IMG/VR virus record: IMGVR_UViG_3300029288_000090
Location: 1-64,000 of that record
Strand: one strand, 5' to 3'
Origin: a virus
Lineage: Duplodnaviria; Caudoviricetes
DNA length: 64,000 nucleotides
The notes beneath the pieces were generated by a model. That model was given only the letters and a program-made list of their open reading frames with translations. It searched no databases and was not told the DNA's origin. Made by a program: the position numbers and the translations under genes. Positions 1 through 9,061 of this stretch are shown here, in pieces. How positions within the stretch are numbered: the stretch's first letter is position 1; each line of letters opens with the position of its first letter.

Positions 1-2
1 AG

Positions 3-1001
3 GATGTAAGAAAAGTAGTTGCCAAAGGAATTACTGACAAACAAGATGCAGAAAATGTTGCTCGTTCCAAAAGAGGTAAGGTAGTTTCCGATGAGGACGA
101 TCCGAAAAAGTTTATGGTGGTTGTTGGCGAATCTATACATCCTGGTGTAACTGCAAGGAAAATCGAAAGGTTACTTCGTGGAGAAACCGTTAAGGTTGAT
201 GATGAGGGATTAGACGAAATTGAAAAGAATCTCCCAGAAGATGTTGTTAACAACTTAAGATCTATTATAAATAAGAAAAAGATAGGTACTAAGGATAAGT
301 ATATTGCTAGTTTATCTAAAATAGGAGAATCCAAACTTAATGAAGATCCTTCTACTTTTATTAAAAAGTTATCTCCTAATGCTAAAGTTACTGTTTCTAC
401 TTCTGGTAGTAAGATAACTATAACTTCTGATCTTGGAAGTATTGTTGTATGGAAAGGAGTTACAGATGGAGTTTGGCGATCAAAATTAGGAGAAGGAGAT
501 GTTGATAAATATACTGATCTAACTTCTGCATTGGAAGATTCACTGAAAGCAGTTGATTCAAACTATTCAAGAAAAGAGTTTAAGAGATTAAAGGATATTG
601 CTAAGGAAGGAGAAGATGTTGAAGAATCTAGACTCAACGAAGAAAGACAAACCTTTATTTCTCCTGTTGATGTAACTTTAAACATAACCGATCTTCCTAA
701 TGAACAAATAGAAGATTACGATATTCTAACAAGAAAGGTAGATTTGAACTATGGATTGGATATTGAGTACAGAAGTTGGGGTATAAAAAATATAGATCCT
801 ACTTTTGATACTGGTGTAACTATTTCATGGCAAGACGCTTCTGGAGAGCACGATGTAGATGTAACAGCAGATATTCTAAGAGATGCTGATATCTGGTGGG
901 AAGAAAGCGGATTTTATGGTCCAACTTCTTTAGAAGTATCAGTAGATAGTAAAGGAGTAGTCAGTAACGTCCAGATATGGTTCTCTTATATAAAACACTG
1001 A
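3..1001 (+). CDS. 5'-truncated multidomain protein, probable capsid-internal polyprotein
   Basis: Frame is open from the window edge (DVRKVVAKG...) into the 114..1001 ORF; modules separated by GESIH, ESKLNE and ESRLNE linkers. Confidence 0.5.
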   Translation, partial: DVRKVVAKGITDKQDAENVARSKRGKVVSDEDDPKKFMVVVGESIHPGVTARKIERLLRGETVKVDDEGLDEIEKNLPEDVVNNLRSIINKKKIGTKDKYIASLSKIGESKLNEDPSTFIKKLSPNAKVTVSTSGSKITITSDLGSIVVWKGVTDGVWRSKLGEGDVDKYTDLTSALEDSLKAVDSNYSRKEFKRLKDIAKEGEDVEESRLNEERQTFISPVDVTLNITDLPNEQIEDYDILTRKVDLNYGLDIEYRSWGIKNIDPTFDTGVTISWQDASGEHDVDVTADILRDADIWWEESGFYGPTSLEVSVDSKGVVSNVQIWFSYIKH

Positions 1002-1058
1002 AGAAACACTCTGCGTTCCTCGTACAGTGCGTAAAACGTTAAACGAGTATAAAACCCT

Positions 1059-2870
1059 ATGCGACACTTATGGATTAAAATTGATGGGTCTTTTTATGAA
1101 ACTCCCGAAGGACATGATAAATGGGCATACTCAAAAGTTCTCCGTTTAACAGGGAAAAAGCCAGAAACGGATCCTAGTGAGGTTTGGCAGAAATTGACAG
1201 GAGATATTAAAGTAACATTAGATGACAATTCTGTAGGATATACAATTCATAGAGGAGTAACCAGAAATCAGATTCAGGCTATGAAGGCATTAGCTGATGG
1301 TGTTACTACTTTAGGATACGAGATTTATGGACAAGAAGGACCTCCTTCTCATCAGGAAATAGGTCCGATGCCTTTAGAATGGGACGTATTCATAGGTTAC
1401 TTACGTAAACTTCATCTTCTTCATGAATCAATAGAAACTTCTCCGGAAGAACGTGGAAGAAAATTAGGATTGACATATAATGGTCCTATAAGAAAGGGTG
1501 AAGAAGTTGCGTTGTATATGTTCACGGATCCTATGACTAAAACTACTTTTAGTGTACGACCTCAAGGAGATGTTGAATTAGAACTTAAGAAGTCTAGAAG
1601 AAGATTTGGAATCAATGAACAGCATGAAGTTACTGCAAGTTATTGGATTTATCCAAATGGAAAGATAGAAAAAGTTGATAGCCATGTAGATTCAGCAGTA
1701 TTACTTACTAAAGTAAGAATACGTGCCTTGTCAACTATTTATAAGGCTATGGAGAAGTATAGGTTGATACGTGTAGCTAGGATATTTGCTAACGATATTG
1801 TGTTTGGCGTTGAATCCATTACAAAACCTACAGAAAGTCAGATCCGTGCAGTTAAAGAACTTACGAATGGTGCAGATACAATTACTTATGAGCGAACGAT
1901 TAGAGAAGGGGATAAGTATAAAACTATACTAAAAACTGACGATTTAAATTGGTTCTATACATTTGGAGGATCCGTAAAGGAGTCTCTAATTGATTATCCT
2001 AAAGATGGATTGGATCCGGAAATTTGGGAGTATGAAGAAGGGTTGTATAGTATTCGAGAAGAGGTTAGACAAAAGATACTAAATCTTTTAAGTTGGTATA
2101 CTAAATTGGACTTATCAAATATAGAAGGAGCTGAATACCATATTACTGGTTCTATTTGTACTAATCAGTATCAGTCAGATACGGATATAGATGTTCATAT
2201 TGTGGTTCCAGAAGGTTCAGAATTAAATAATGAAACTGAGCAAAAAGAAGTATTTGTATGGTATAAACGGTTTAGAGATGAAATAGACGGTTATATTAGA
2301 GAACATCCTATAGAAGTTTACATCCAGAGAAATCCGGCTCAGGAATTCCTTTCTGATGGTGTTTACGATTTTATGAATAGAGAATGGTTAAAAGGACCTA
2401 CCTTGGTGGACTTCAATTTTGATCCTTATGAGGAGTACTCTGATCTTATAGAAGATGTTGTAGAAGAGGCGGAGAAAGCAGATATACTCCTTGGAGAATT
2501 GAGAAGGGATGTTATTGATTATGATTTAATTAAGAACACAATAGAGAAAAGGATACCCGTAGATATTCAGAAGAAACTTCTTTCCAGGTTAGAACTCCGT
2601 TTAAAGGATATTGAGGAAGACATAGAAAACTTATTTAGACTCCGTGGAGAATGGACAGATGTCAGAAGAAATTACTCACAACCTACTTCTATAGAACAGG
2701 CACTGAAGGATGTAGAACTTTCAAAGAATTGGAGAGATAGAAATGCTGTTTTTAAATTTTTAGCTCGATATAATTACTTGAAATTAATCGGGGATCTCCA
2801 TATAATGATAGAAGATAATTCCCTTACAGATCAAGACGTCAATGTTATTAAACGTATGATAGGAGTTTGA
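1059..2870 (+). CDS. Multidomain protein with C-terminal Pol-beta superfamily nucleotidyltransferase domain
   Basis: ITGS...SDTDIDVHIV (GS-x-DxD) motif, downstream HPIEVY acidic strand; duplicated N-terminal WI..G..H modules. Confidence 0.7.
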   Translation: MRHLWIKIDGSFYETPEGHDKWAYSKVLRLTGKKPETDPSEVWQKLTGDIKVTLDDNSVGYTIHRGVTRNQIQAMKALADGVTTLGYEIYGQEGPPSHQEIGPMPLEWDVFIGYLRKLHLLHESIETSPEERGRKLGLTYNGPIRKGEEVALYMFTDPMTKTTFSVRPQGDVELELKKSRRRFGINEQHEVTASYWIYPNGKIEKVDSHVDSAVLLTKVRIRALSTIYKAMEKYRLIRVARIFANDIVFGVESITKPTESQIRAVKELTNGADTITYERTIREGDKYKTILKTDDLNWFYTFGGSVKESLIDYPKDGLDPEIWEYEEGLYSIREEVRQKILNLLSWYTKLDLSNIEGAEYHITGSICTNQYQSDTDIDVHIVVPEGSELNNETEQKEVFVWYKRFRDEIDGYIREHPIEVYIQRNPAQEFLSDGVYDFMNREWLKGPTLVDFNFDPYEEYSDLIEDVVEEAEKADILLGELRRDVIDYDLIKNTIEKRIPVDIQKKLLSRLELRLKDIEEDIENLFRLRGEWTDVRRNYSQPTSIEQALKDVELSKNWRDRNAVFKFLARYNYLKLIGDLHIMIEDNSLTDQDVNVIKRMIGV

Positions 2871-2872
2871 AT

Positions 2873-3007
2873 ATGGCAAAAGGACTTAAGAAATTGATTA
2901 AGAATGCCAATAGATATTCTGCAGGGAGTATTCTAAGAAGACTTATCGGAAGACGATTAGGAAGAATTTTGAAGATAGAGGAACTAGAGGATAAAATCGC
3001 TACGTGA
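2873..3007 (+). CDS. Small basic protein, 44 aa (not in ORF track)
   Basis: AGGAG RBS at 2861, ATG 2873, TGA 3005-3007; MAKGLKKLIKNANRYSAGSILRRLIGRR...; fills the gap between neighbours. Confidence 0.5.
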   Translation: MAKGLKKLIKNANRYSAGSILRRLIGRRLGRILKIEELEDKIAT

Positions 3008-3013
3008 GGTTTT

Positions 3014-3331
3014 ATGGAACGAGTTAAGAAAACTTTTACAATAGAAGCTACTCCAGATACAATGAAGCGTTTTGAACGTTTCCTTTGTTTCTTCCATTAT
3101 AATGGAGGTCATTCTGGATTGTTTGCTATGTCTTTTGATGGAGATGGGCACGAGATTATGAAAATAGACCCACCCCCTGATAAAGATCTTATGGATGGAA
3201 TGAGAGATGTTGCAGGGAAAGACGTTGAGATTGCTGAAGAAGAAGGATTCTCTGGACAATCTCTTCAACCGGAAGAAGAGTTAGAAGAAAAACGTATGAT
3301 ACATGCTATATTGCAGAGAATCAAATCATGA
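3014..3331 (+). CDS. Hypothetical protein
   Basis: GAGG RBS, ATGA overlap with next gene. Confidence 0.6.
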   Translation: MERVKKTFTIEATPDTMKRFERFLCFFHYNGGHSGLFAMSFDGDGHEIMKIDPPPDKDLMDGMRDVAGKDVEIAEEEGFSGQSLQPEEELEEKRMIHAILQRIKS

Positions 3332-3792
3332 GTAAAATGATTCCACAGGCAGCTATAGATACATTTAGGCAGCATCAGAATGTCTCTGTAGATAATTATG
3401 GAATCAGTTGTGATTTATACATTCCTTCTAATCTGGAGGATCTTGAGGAGAAGGATATTTATGTAGTTCCTACGGACCATACATTTATTCATTATACAAC
3501 TTTAGTCTGGGTAGAATGGTCCCCAACAACTCGAAGGTTACGGGATCTTGGAATATTTGTTGAAGGTGAACTTCCTATTCTGGCTCGATTTAAGACAGAG
3601 GGACAAGCAGATGATGGAACTATTCAATCTGTTGATGTTTTAGTTAATAGTTACATTAAAGTTCCGTTACAATATGTTCCAGATAAGTTTGAGAAAACAG
3701 ACGAGTTCGAGATAGTTGATTTACTAACAGGACCTTTTCATGATGCCACCCTAACAGCTATTTACAAATTAGCACCTAAACGAACCCCTTAA
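3328..3792 (+). CDS. Probable neck/head-closure protein (T4 gp14-like)
   Basis: N-terminal 'VDNYGISCDLYIP' resembles gp14-type neck proteins; lies upstream of tail terminator and sheath. Confidence 0.45.
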   Translation: MSKMIPQAAIDTFRQHQNVSVDNYGISCDLYIPSNLEDLEEKDIYVVPTDHTFIHYTTLVWVEWSPTTRRLRDLGIFVEGELPILARFKTEGQADDGTIQSVDVLVNSYIKVPLQYVPDKFEKTDEFEIVDLLTGPFHDATLTAIYKLAPKRTP

Positions 3793-4227
3793 ACTACCAG
3801 TGGTGAAGATTATGTTTTTTAAAAGATTACACAGAAAGTTAGATTACATAATATATCTCCTCGAGAGAATATATGGAAAGGAGCACATTATGGGTGCAAC
3901 ACTTGAGCAGTTGATTGAACAAGTGCAGGTGAATACTCAGATAGAACAGTCCGCCGTCACTCTGATTCAGGGAATAGCAGAACAGTTGGCTGCTGCTAAG
4001 GATGATCCTGAACAGATTCAAGAATTGGTTGATCAATTGAAGACCTCTGCAGATGCATTGGCTGCTGCTGTTCTGGCTAATACCGAGGTGGTTTCCAATC
4101 CAGAGGAAACTCCTGCAGATCCAGAGACACCTCCTGCAGAGCCAGAGACACCTGTGGAAGCCACTGCGGAGGAAACAGCAACTCCCGAAGTAAACTCTGG
4201 ACAATAAAAAAATCCACTGGTAGTTTA
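3790..4227. repeat. Perfect 14-bp inverted repeat bracketing one gene
   Basis: TAAACTACCAGTGG (3790-3803) and its reverse complement CCACTGGTAGTTTA (4214-4227). Confidence 0.9.
3800..4207 (+). CDS. Acidic helical protein with Pro/Glu/Thr-rich repeat tail (strong alternative start at 3890)
   Basis: AAGGAG RBS before ATG 3890; Ala/Gln-rich helices; (PETPPA)n tail. Confidence 0.7.
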   Translation: MVKIMFFKRLHRKLDYIIYLLERIYGKEHIMGATLEQLIEQVQVNTQIEQSAVTLIQGIAEQLAAAKDDPEQIQELVDQLKTSADALAAAVLANTEVVSNPEETPADPETPPAEPETPVEATAEETATPEVNSGQ

Positions 4228-4229
4228 TT

Positions 4230-4427
4230 ATGTTAAAGATAAGAAATATTTCAGATCATACAATTGCTATTCTAATTAAAGGAGATACTGTTCGTCTTTC
4301 TCCTGCACATTTTTTGGAGGTTATAGATAGAAATGTTATACAAAACTTTTCAGAAATACGAGATTGTGTTGTTGTAGGTCAGGATTTATCTGAAGTGTGT
4401 GGACCTTCATTCAAGGAACGTCAATGA
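4230..4427 (+). CDS. Hypothetical protein
   Basis: Co-oriented, ATGA-coupled to next gene. Confidence 0.55.
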   Translation: MLKIRNISDHTIAILIKGDTVRLSPAHFLEVIDRNVIQNFSEIRDCVVVGQDLSEVCGPSFKERQ

Positions 4428-5188
4428 ATTGCATTGCTCATTATAAGATGAATGATAATGAAGCTAATACAACTGTTGTTGATAGCATAGGAACTTCTAA
4501 CGGAACGTCACAACAGAACACGTCTGTTCTTCATACTTCTGGAAAGATCAATGGAGCTCTTTCTTTTAATGGAGTAACAGATTACATTGATACAAACAGT
4601 ACTTTTGAATCTGTTTTTCAAAATGATTTCTCAATTAGTGTATGGATAAAACCCAAAGCATACAATCCTGATGCTTTTCATTTTAAAGATATAATAGGAG
4701 CTGTTGTAGAAGGTTTAGGAGGGAATACATTTAGAGTTTCACATGAGCTAGCTCCTGATGAAAGAACTTGGCTTGTTTTTTACTACACTGCGTCTTTTTA
4801 TACTGTAAATTTTGAATGGGAAACAACATTTATAGGCCCAAATATTTGGTTCCATGTTGTTGTTACAATCGCACAGATTGACGAAGAAAATGTTGTAGCA
4901 AATATATACATTAACGCAGATTTAGTTATTTCTACTGGAACAACTCCTTGCGTACTGTCTACGTATAGTCAAAACTCTAAGACTATGTGGATAGGGAATT
5001 CAAATGGAGACAATGATTACAGTTTTGATGGCGAAATAGATAATCTTATGTTGTTTAACGATGCGTTAACGCAAGATAACGTTGACTTTTTATACAATAA
5101 TGGAAACGGAACGGAAAATTTGACATCTTCTAGCATTCAACCTATGAAGTACTACTACGATCTTCAAAAGAAACGAAGTGAAGACTAG
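4424..5188 (+). CDS. LamG/concanavalin A-like lectin domain virion protein
   Basis: AHYKMND...GKINGALSFNG..DYI...FSISVWIK...WFHVVVT...FDGEIDNLMLFNDALT..V..LYN signature; start taken at ATGA overlap 4424. Confidence 0.85.
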   Translation: MNCIAHYKMNDNEANTTVVDSIGTSNGTSQQNTSVLHTSGKINGALSFNGVTDYIDTNSTFESVFQNDFSISVWIKPKAYNPDAFHFKDIIGAVVEGLGGNTFRVSHELAPDERTWLVFYYTASFYTVNFEWETTFIGPNIWFHVVVTIAQIDEENVVANIYINADLVISTGTTPCVLSTYSQNSKTMWIGNSNGDNDYSFDGEIDNLMLFNDALTQDNVDFLYNNGNGTENLTSSSIQPMKYYYDLQKKRSED

Positions 5189-6293
5189 TTTTGTTATGGA
5201 TAACAATTTTGTAAGAAATCAGGTGTTAACAAGGTTTGGAGGGACAGATAGTTCTCTGGTCATCCCTAAATTTAACTTTAGTAAGTTTGAGGACGAATTT
5301 TGGGTGGATATAAATCATACAGAATCCTCTGCTATTTTAAGAAAAGATCTTGTTCAGGAGTCTGTGGATAAGTATCAAATTATCAGTGGCGATTTGAAGC
5401 ACGTATTCTATCAAAAGAATGATGGATTCGAATATGAAATATGGTTTCAAGAACCTCCTAAACCTGAACTTACATTTACTCTGACTTATGCTGATGGGCT
5501 CTCTTTTAATAAGCAATTTTCTTTGACTGAAGAGGAGATTAAGTCAGGATTCTTACGTTCAGAGGAGATAATCAATTCTATTGCTGTTTACTGCAACAGA
5601 AAGAATCATATATACGAGACTGGAAAAATAGCTCATTTTAAACGTCCATTTATTACAGATTCAAAAGGACGTAAAGTATGGTGTGATCAGATTATTTCTG
5701 GGAATGTCTGGACGGTACTTCTTCCTGAGGATGTATTGAAGGATCTTGTATATCCAATTTGTCTTGGCCCAGAAATAGGCTACTCTACTGATGGAGGTAG
5801 TGCTCAATCTATTGAGCTTGATCTTTTCATATTTGTAGGAGGGACAAATTCAGGAGGTGGAGGTGAGGTTAATTTTGTTAAAGCTTACGCTACATCAGCA
5901 GGAACAACAGGAAGAGCAGGATTATATTCTGGAGCAACAACTCCTACTACGAAAGCCTTTGGTCCAGGTGACCAAACAAATATTCCGTTTTCTGCTCCTG
6001 TGACATTTAATATAGGATCTTGGACGTTAGAATCTGACACGGCATATTGGACGACGTTAGAACTCAACGGAGATAATGATACTATTTATCTTAAATACGA
6101 TAGTACAGATGTAAATAGTAACTATTCTGCAGGAGTTGGGCCATATCCTGCTACTTGGCCAAATAATCCTCCTATGTTGAATGATTTAGGGTTTAAAACC
6201 TATTCAGTATGGACAGATTATACGGAAACTTCTTCTCCCATTGCAACATATAGAAATTACTATGAAATGTTAAGGCGGAAGGAGAATGATTAG
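5178..6293 (+). CDS. Putative virion decoration/structural protein
   Basis: Beta-rich G/T/S C-terminal domain; C-terminal tail similar to that of the LamG protein; structural context. Confidence 0.5.
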   Translation: MKTSFVMDNNFVRNQVLTRFGGTDSSLVIPKFNFSKFEDEFWVDINHTESSAILRKDLVQESVDKYQIISGDLKHVFYQKNDGFEYEIWFQEPPKPELTFTLTYADGLSFNKQFSLTEEEIKSGFLRSEEIINSIAVYCNRKNHIYETGKIAHFKRPFITDSKGRKVWCDQIISGNVWTVLLPEDVLKDLVYPICLGPEIGYSTDGGSAQSIELDLFIFVGGTNSGGGGEVNFVKAYATSAGTTGRAGLYSGATTPTTKAFGPGDQTNIPFSAPVTFNIGSWTLESDTAYWTTLELNGDNDTIYLKYDSTDVNSNYSAGVGPYPATWPNNPPMLNDLGFKTYSVWTDYTETSSPIATYRNYYEMLRRKEND

Positions 6294-6318
6294 AAAATTA
6301 TGTTAGGAGAGACTTATT

Positions 6319-6672
6319 ATGTTTCTTAAACAAAATACAGCGGTTACATTATTGTTAGGTCCGTTCGTGGAATCTTCAGATGGAATCACTGTGAAGACGG
6401 ATCTATCTATTGCTGCGTCAGATGTGAAACTAATTAAGTTTGGGGCCTCCGCTTTAGTTGCCAAAAACAGTGCCGTTGCTCCAGAACATGTTTCAAATGG
6501 ATACTATTCTGTACATATTGATACGTCAGATACAAGTGTTGCAGGACAGTTTGTTATTGTTATTCAGAAGTCAGGAGCTCTTCCTTTTGAAGCAGCTTTT
6601 ACAATACTAACAGCTACTTCTTATGGTAGTATGATAGAACGAGTTGCTATGGATACAAACTATTCCGACTAA
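6319..6672 (+). CDS. Small Ig-like virion protein, putative docking/adaptor
   Basis: MFLKQNTAVTLLLGPFV..DG.T...NGYYSV...DT...G beta-sandwich pattern; AGGAG RBS. Confidence 0.45.
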   Translation: MFLKQNTAVTLLLGPFVESSDGITVKTDLSIAASDVKLIKFGASALVAKNSAVAPEHVSNGYYSVHIDTSDTSVAGQFVIVIQKSGALPFEAAFTILTATSYGSMIERVAMDTNYSD

Positions 6673-6678
6673 TAAGCT

Positions 6679-7404
6679 ATGGTTACTTTCTTGAAAGATA
6701 TAGACGAAGCTTTACGTTCTGTTGTCTATACAAAATTTTTAGACAATATGGGCTTTTCTTCTAATGAAAGTGACGATGTTATTTTCTATCCTAAGGAGAT
6801 AGCTCAAAGAATTATATCAGAAAAAAGAGGAGTAGCTACTTTAGAATTTGCTAATATCTGGAGGATAGGGACCAACGTAGATTGGACCCGTCAGAGAACT
6901 CCTTTGGCCAGACGTGGTTTATATGGAGCTTATGTAGATGGCGAAGCTCCTTCTTCGGAAGTTTCCGGAGAAAAGATAGCATTGTTTACTGCTAAGACTG
7001 TTCCTGCTACTTTAGATTATAATATTTGGTTTTGGTCACAGGATAGGGATAAGTTAAATGCTGTTACTGAAACATACTTATTCTGGCAGCATGTTAATCC
7101 CAATTTGGATATCTATTACAATGATGTTTATCCTTTGGAATTTGATCTTCATTTTGGAGAAATTATAGACGAGTCTGATCTTCCTTCTATGTTTGAAATA
7201 GGTCGTTATTTTGTTATCAGAGTTCCTATACGAGTAGAAGGATGGGTGTTCAGTGCTACTTCAACCAAGACAATTAAGAAGATCATTGTTACTTTATATG
7301 ATGAAGATGATATCGAAAGTACAACAGAATTTCTACAAGATGCTACAGAAGAGGAGCAAGAACTCCTCCGCTTGTATCGTAAAATAATATATGCAGACGA
7401 ATAG
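6679..7404 (+). CDS. Tail terminator/completion protein (T4 gp15-like)
   Basis: Immediately upstream of sheath; VPATLDYNIWFW and IRVEGWVF motifs. Confidence 0.55.
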   Translation: MVTFLKDIDEALRSVVYTKFLDNMGFSSNESDDVIFYPKEIAQRIISEKRGVATLEFANIWRIGTNVDWTRQRTPLARRGLYGAYVDGEAPSSEVSGEKIALFTAKTVPATLDYNIWFWSQDRDKLNAVTETYLFWQHVNPNLDIYYNDVYPLEFDLHFGEIIDESDLPSMFEIGRYFVIRVPIRVEGWVFSATSTKTIKKIIVTLYDEDDIESTTEFLQDATEEEQELLRLYRKIIYADE

Positions 7405-7418
7405 ATAAGGAGTATGCT

Positions 7419-9050
7419 ATGGCTATTTATGTGAGTCCAGGCGTATATACGAAAGAGAAAGATATTAGTGATGTCATTACTAGTATTTCTTCTTCTACGG
7501 CTGCTTTGGTAGGTTATTCTACAAAAGGCAGTACAGAAGTGAAAACAATAACTTCTACACAACAGTTTATCAATGAATATGGAAAACCAGATCCTGGAAA
7601 CTACTTCCATTATTCAGCATTGGCGTTTTTGGAGAACGGAAGTACTCTTTATTGTCTCCGTGTTATCAATGGAGCTTTGTACGGAGGAGTGAATGTTGTC
7701 TCTAACACCAGTGATGAAGTCTCTACAGGATTTTCCGTAGGCGTAACAACGCCAGGATTTTTTAATGATTCTATTTTGGAAGACGAGTTGTTTTCTGTCT
7801 ATGGCAAAGATCCTGGAGTATGGAACAACAGAATTTCTGTTATCGTGAGGGATGTTAATGATCTATACTATGGTGGAGACGTTAACTTCCCTGCGGAAGA
7901 AGTGGACCAATATACTTTCACGTTGGATATCTATTATCAGAATGATGATGGTGTAGACGAACTAGTTGAAAGTTGGACAGTCAGTAGAAAACATAAGACA
8001 GACGGAAACGGACGTCAATTGTATCTAGAAGACAAGATAAACGATTTCAGTGATTACATTTTGGTAGCAGATAATACAGATCTTGCAGATACGGTTGTTC
8101 CCAAAGAAAATGATACTGCTGTTGATTTATCTGGAGGAGATGACGGATCACAAGCAACATCATCCCAAGTAGCTACTGGATGGGAAGAGTTTGAAAATCC
8201 TGATGATATAGATGTTAGAATTCTTATCAATGGAGGTGTAACATCTGTGACGGTTCAGCAAGCTATGAAAACTATCGCTGAAGCCAGAAAAGATTGTATT
8301 GCTATTCTGGATATGCCTTATGATTATATCGCTTCTGTAGACGACATGGTGAGTTGGAGAAGAACCGTTCAAAACTTTAACTCCAGTTACTGTGCCCTTT
8401 ACGTTCCGTGGGTAAAGATCAATGACAGATACAATGATAGAATTTTGGAGGTACCCCCTTCCGGATACGTTGCATCTATGATGGCATACAATGATTATGT
8501 TGCACAACCGTGGTATGCTCCTGCTGGCTTTAATAGAGGGATTCTCAATGTCCTTAGCATCTCCAGTGTATTTGCTCAGGGAGATAGAGATGAACTATAT
8601 AAGTATCAAATCAATCCGTTACAGACATTCAGGGGTCAAGGAAATGTTATATGGGGTCAAAAGACACAACAGGTTAAATCATCTGCTTTAAGTCGTGTAA
8701 ATGTTCGTCGACTTCTTATTGTTATGGAGAAATCTATTGCTATTGCTCTTCAGAACTTTACATTCGAACCCAATAGTGAGTTTACACGGTTCCGTATCGT
8801 TTCAATTATTACAGAATATATGGATCAGTTATCTTCACAGGGAGCATTTCAGACGGAAGCAGGGGATAGTGGATATAAAGTAGTCTGTGACGAAACAAAT
8901 AATACGCCTGCTGTTATTGATAGAAATGAACTTCATGTAGACGTATTCGTCAAGCCAAGTAGGGCAGCTGAGTTCATACAGCTGCAAACCATAATAACAT
9001 CAACAGGTGCTTCCTTTGAAGAACTTGTTTCCAAGGGCGTTATGCTGTAA
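7419..9050 (+). CDS. Contractile tail sheath protein (gp18-like)
   Basis: SPGVYTKEKD start; PPSG, PWYAPAGFNRG, INP, WGQKT, RVNVRRL, FEPN motifs. Confidence 0.95.
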   Translation: MAIYVSPGVYTKEKDISDVITSISSSTAALVGYSTKGSTEVKTITSTQQFINEYGKPDPGNYFHYSALAFLENGSTLYCLRVINGALYGGVNVVSNTSDEVSTGFSVGVTTPGFFNDSILEDELFSVYGKDPGVWNNRISVIVRDVNDLYYGGDVNFPAEEVDQYTFTLDIYYQNDDGVDELVESWTVSRKHKTDGNGRQLYLEDKINDFSDYILVADNTDLADTVVPKENDTAVDLSGGDDGSQATSSQVATGWEEFENPDDIDVRILINGGVTSVTVQQAMKTIAEARKDCIAILDMPYDYIASVDDMVSWRRTVQNFNSSYCALYVPWVKINDRYNDRILEVPPSGYVASMMAYNDYVAQPWYAPAGFNRGILNVLSISSVFAQGDRDELYKYQINPLQTFRGQGNVIWGQKTQQVKSSALSRVNVRRLLIVMEKSIAIALQNFTFEPNSEFTRFRIVSIITEYMDQLSSQGAFQTEAGDSGYKVVCDETNNTPAVIDRNELHVDVFVKPSRAAEFIQLQTIITSTGASFEELVSKGVML

Positions 9051-9061
9051 GGAGATAGATC

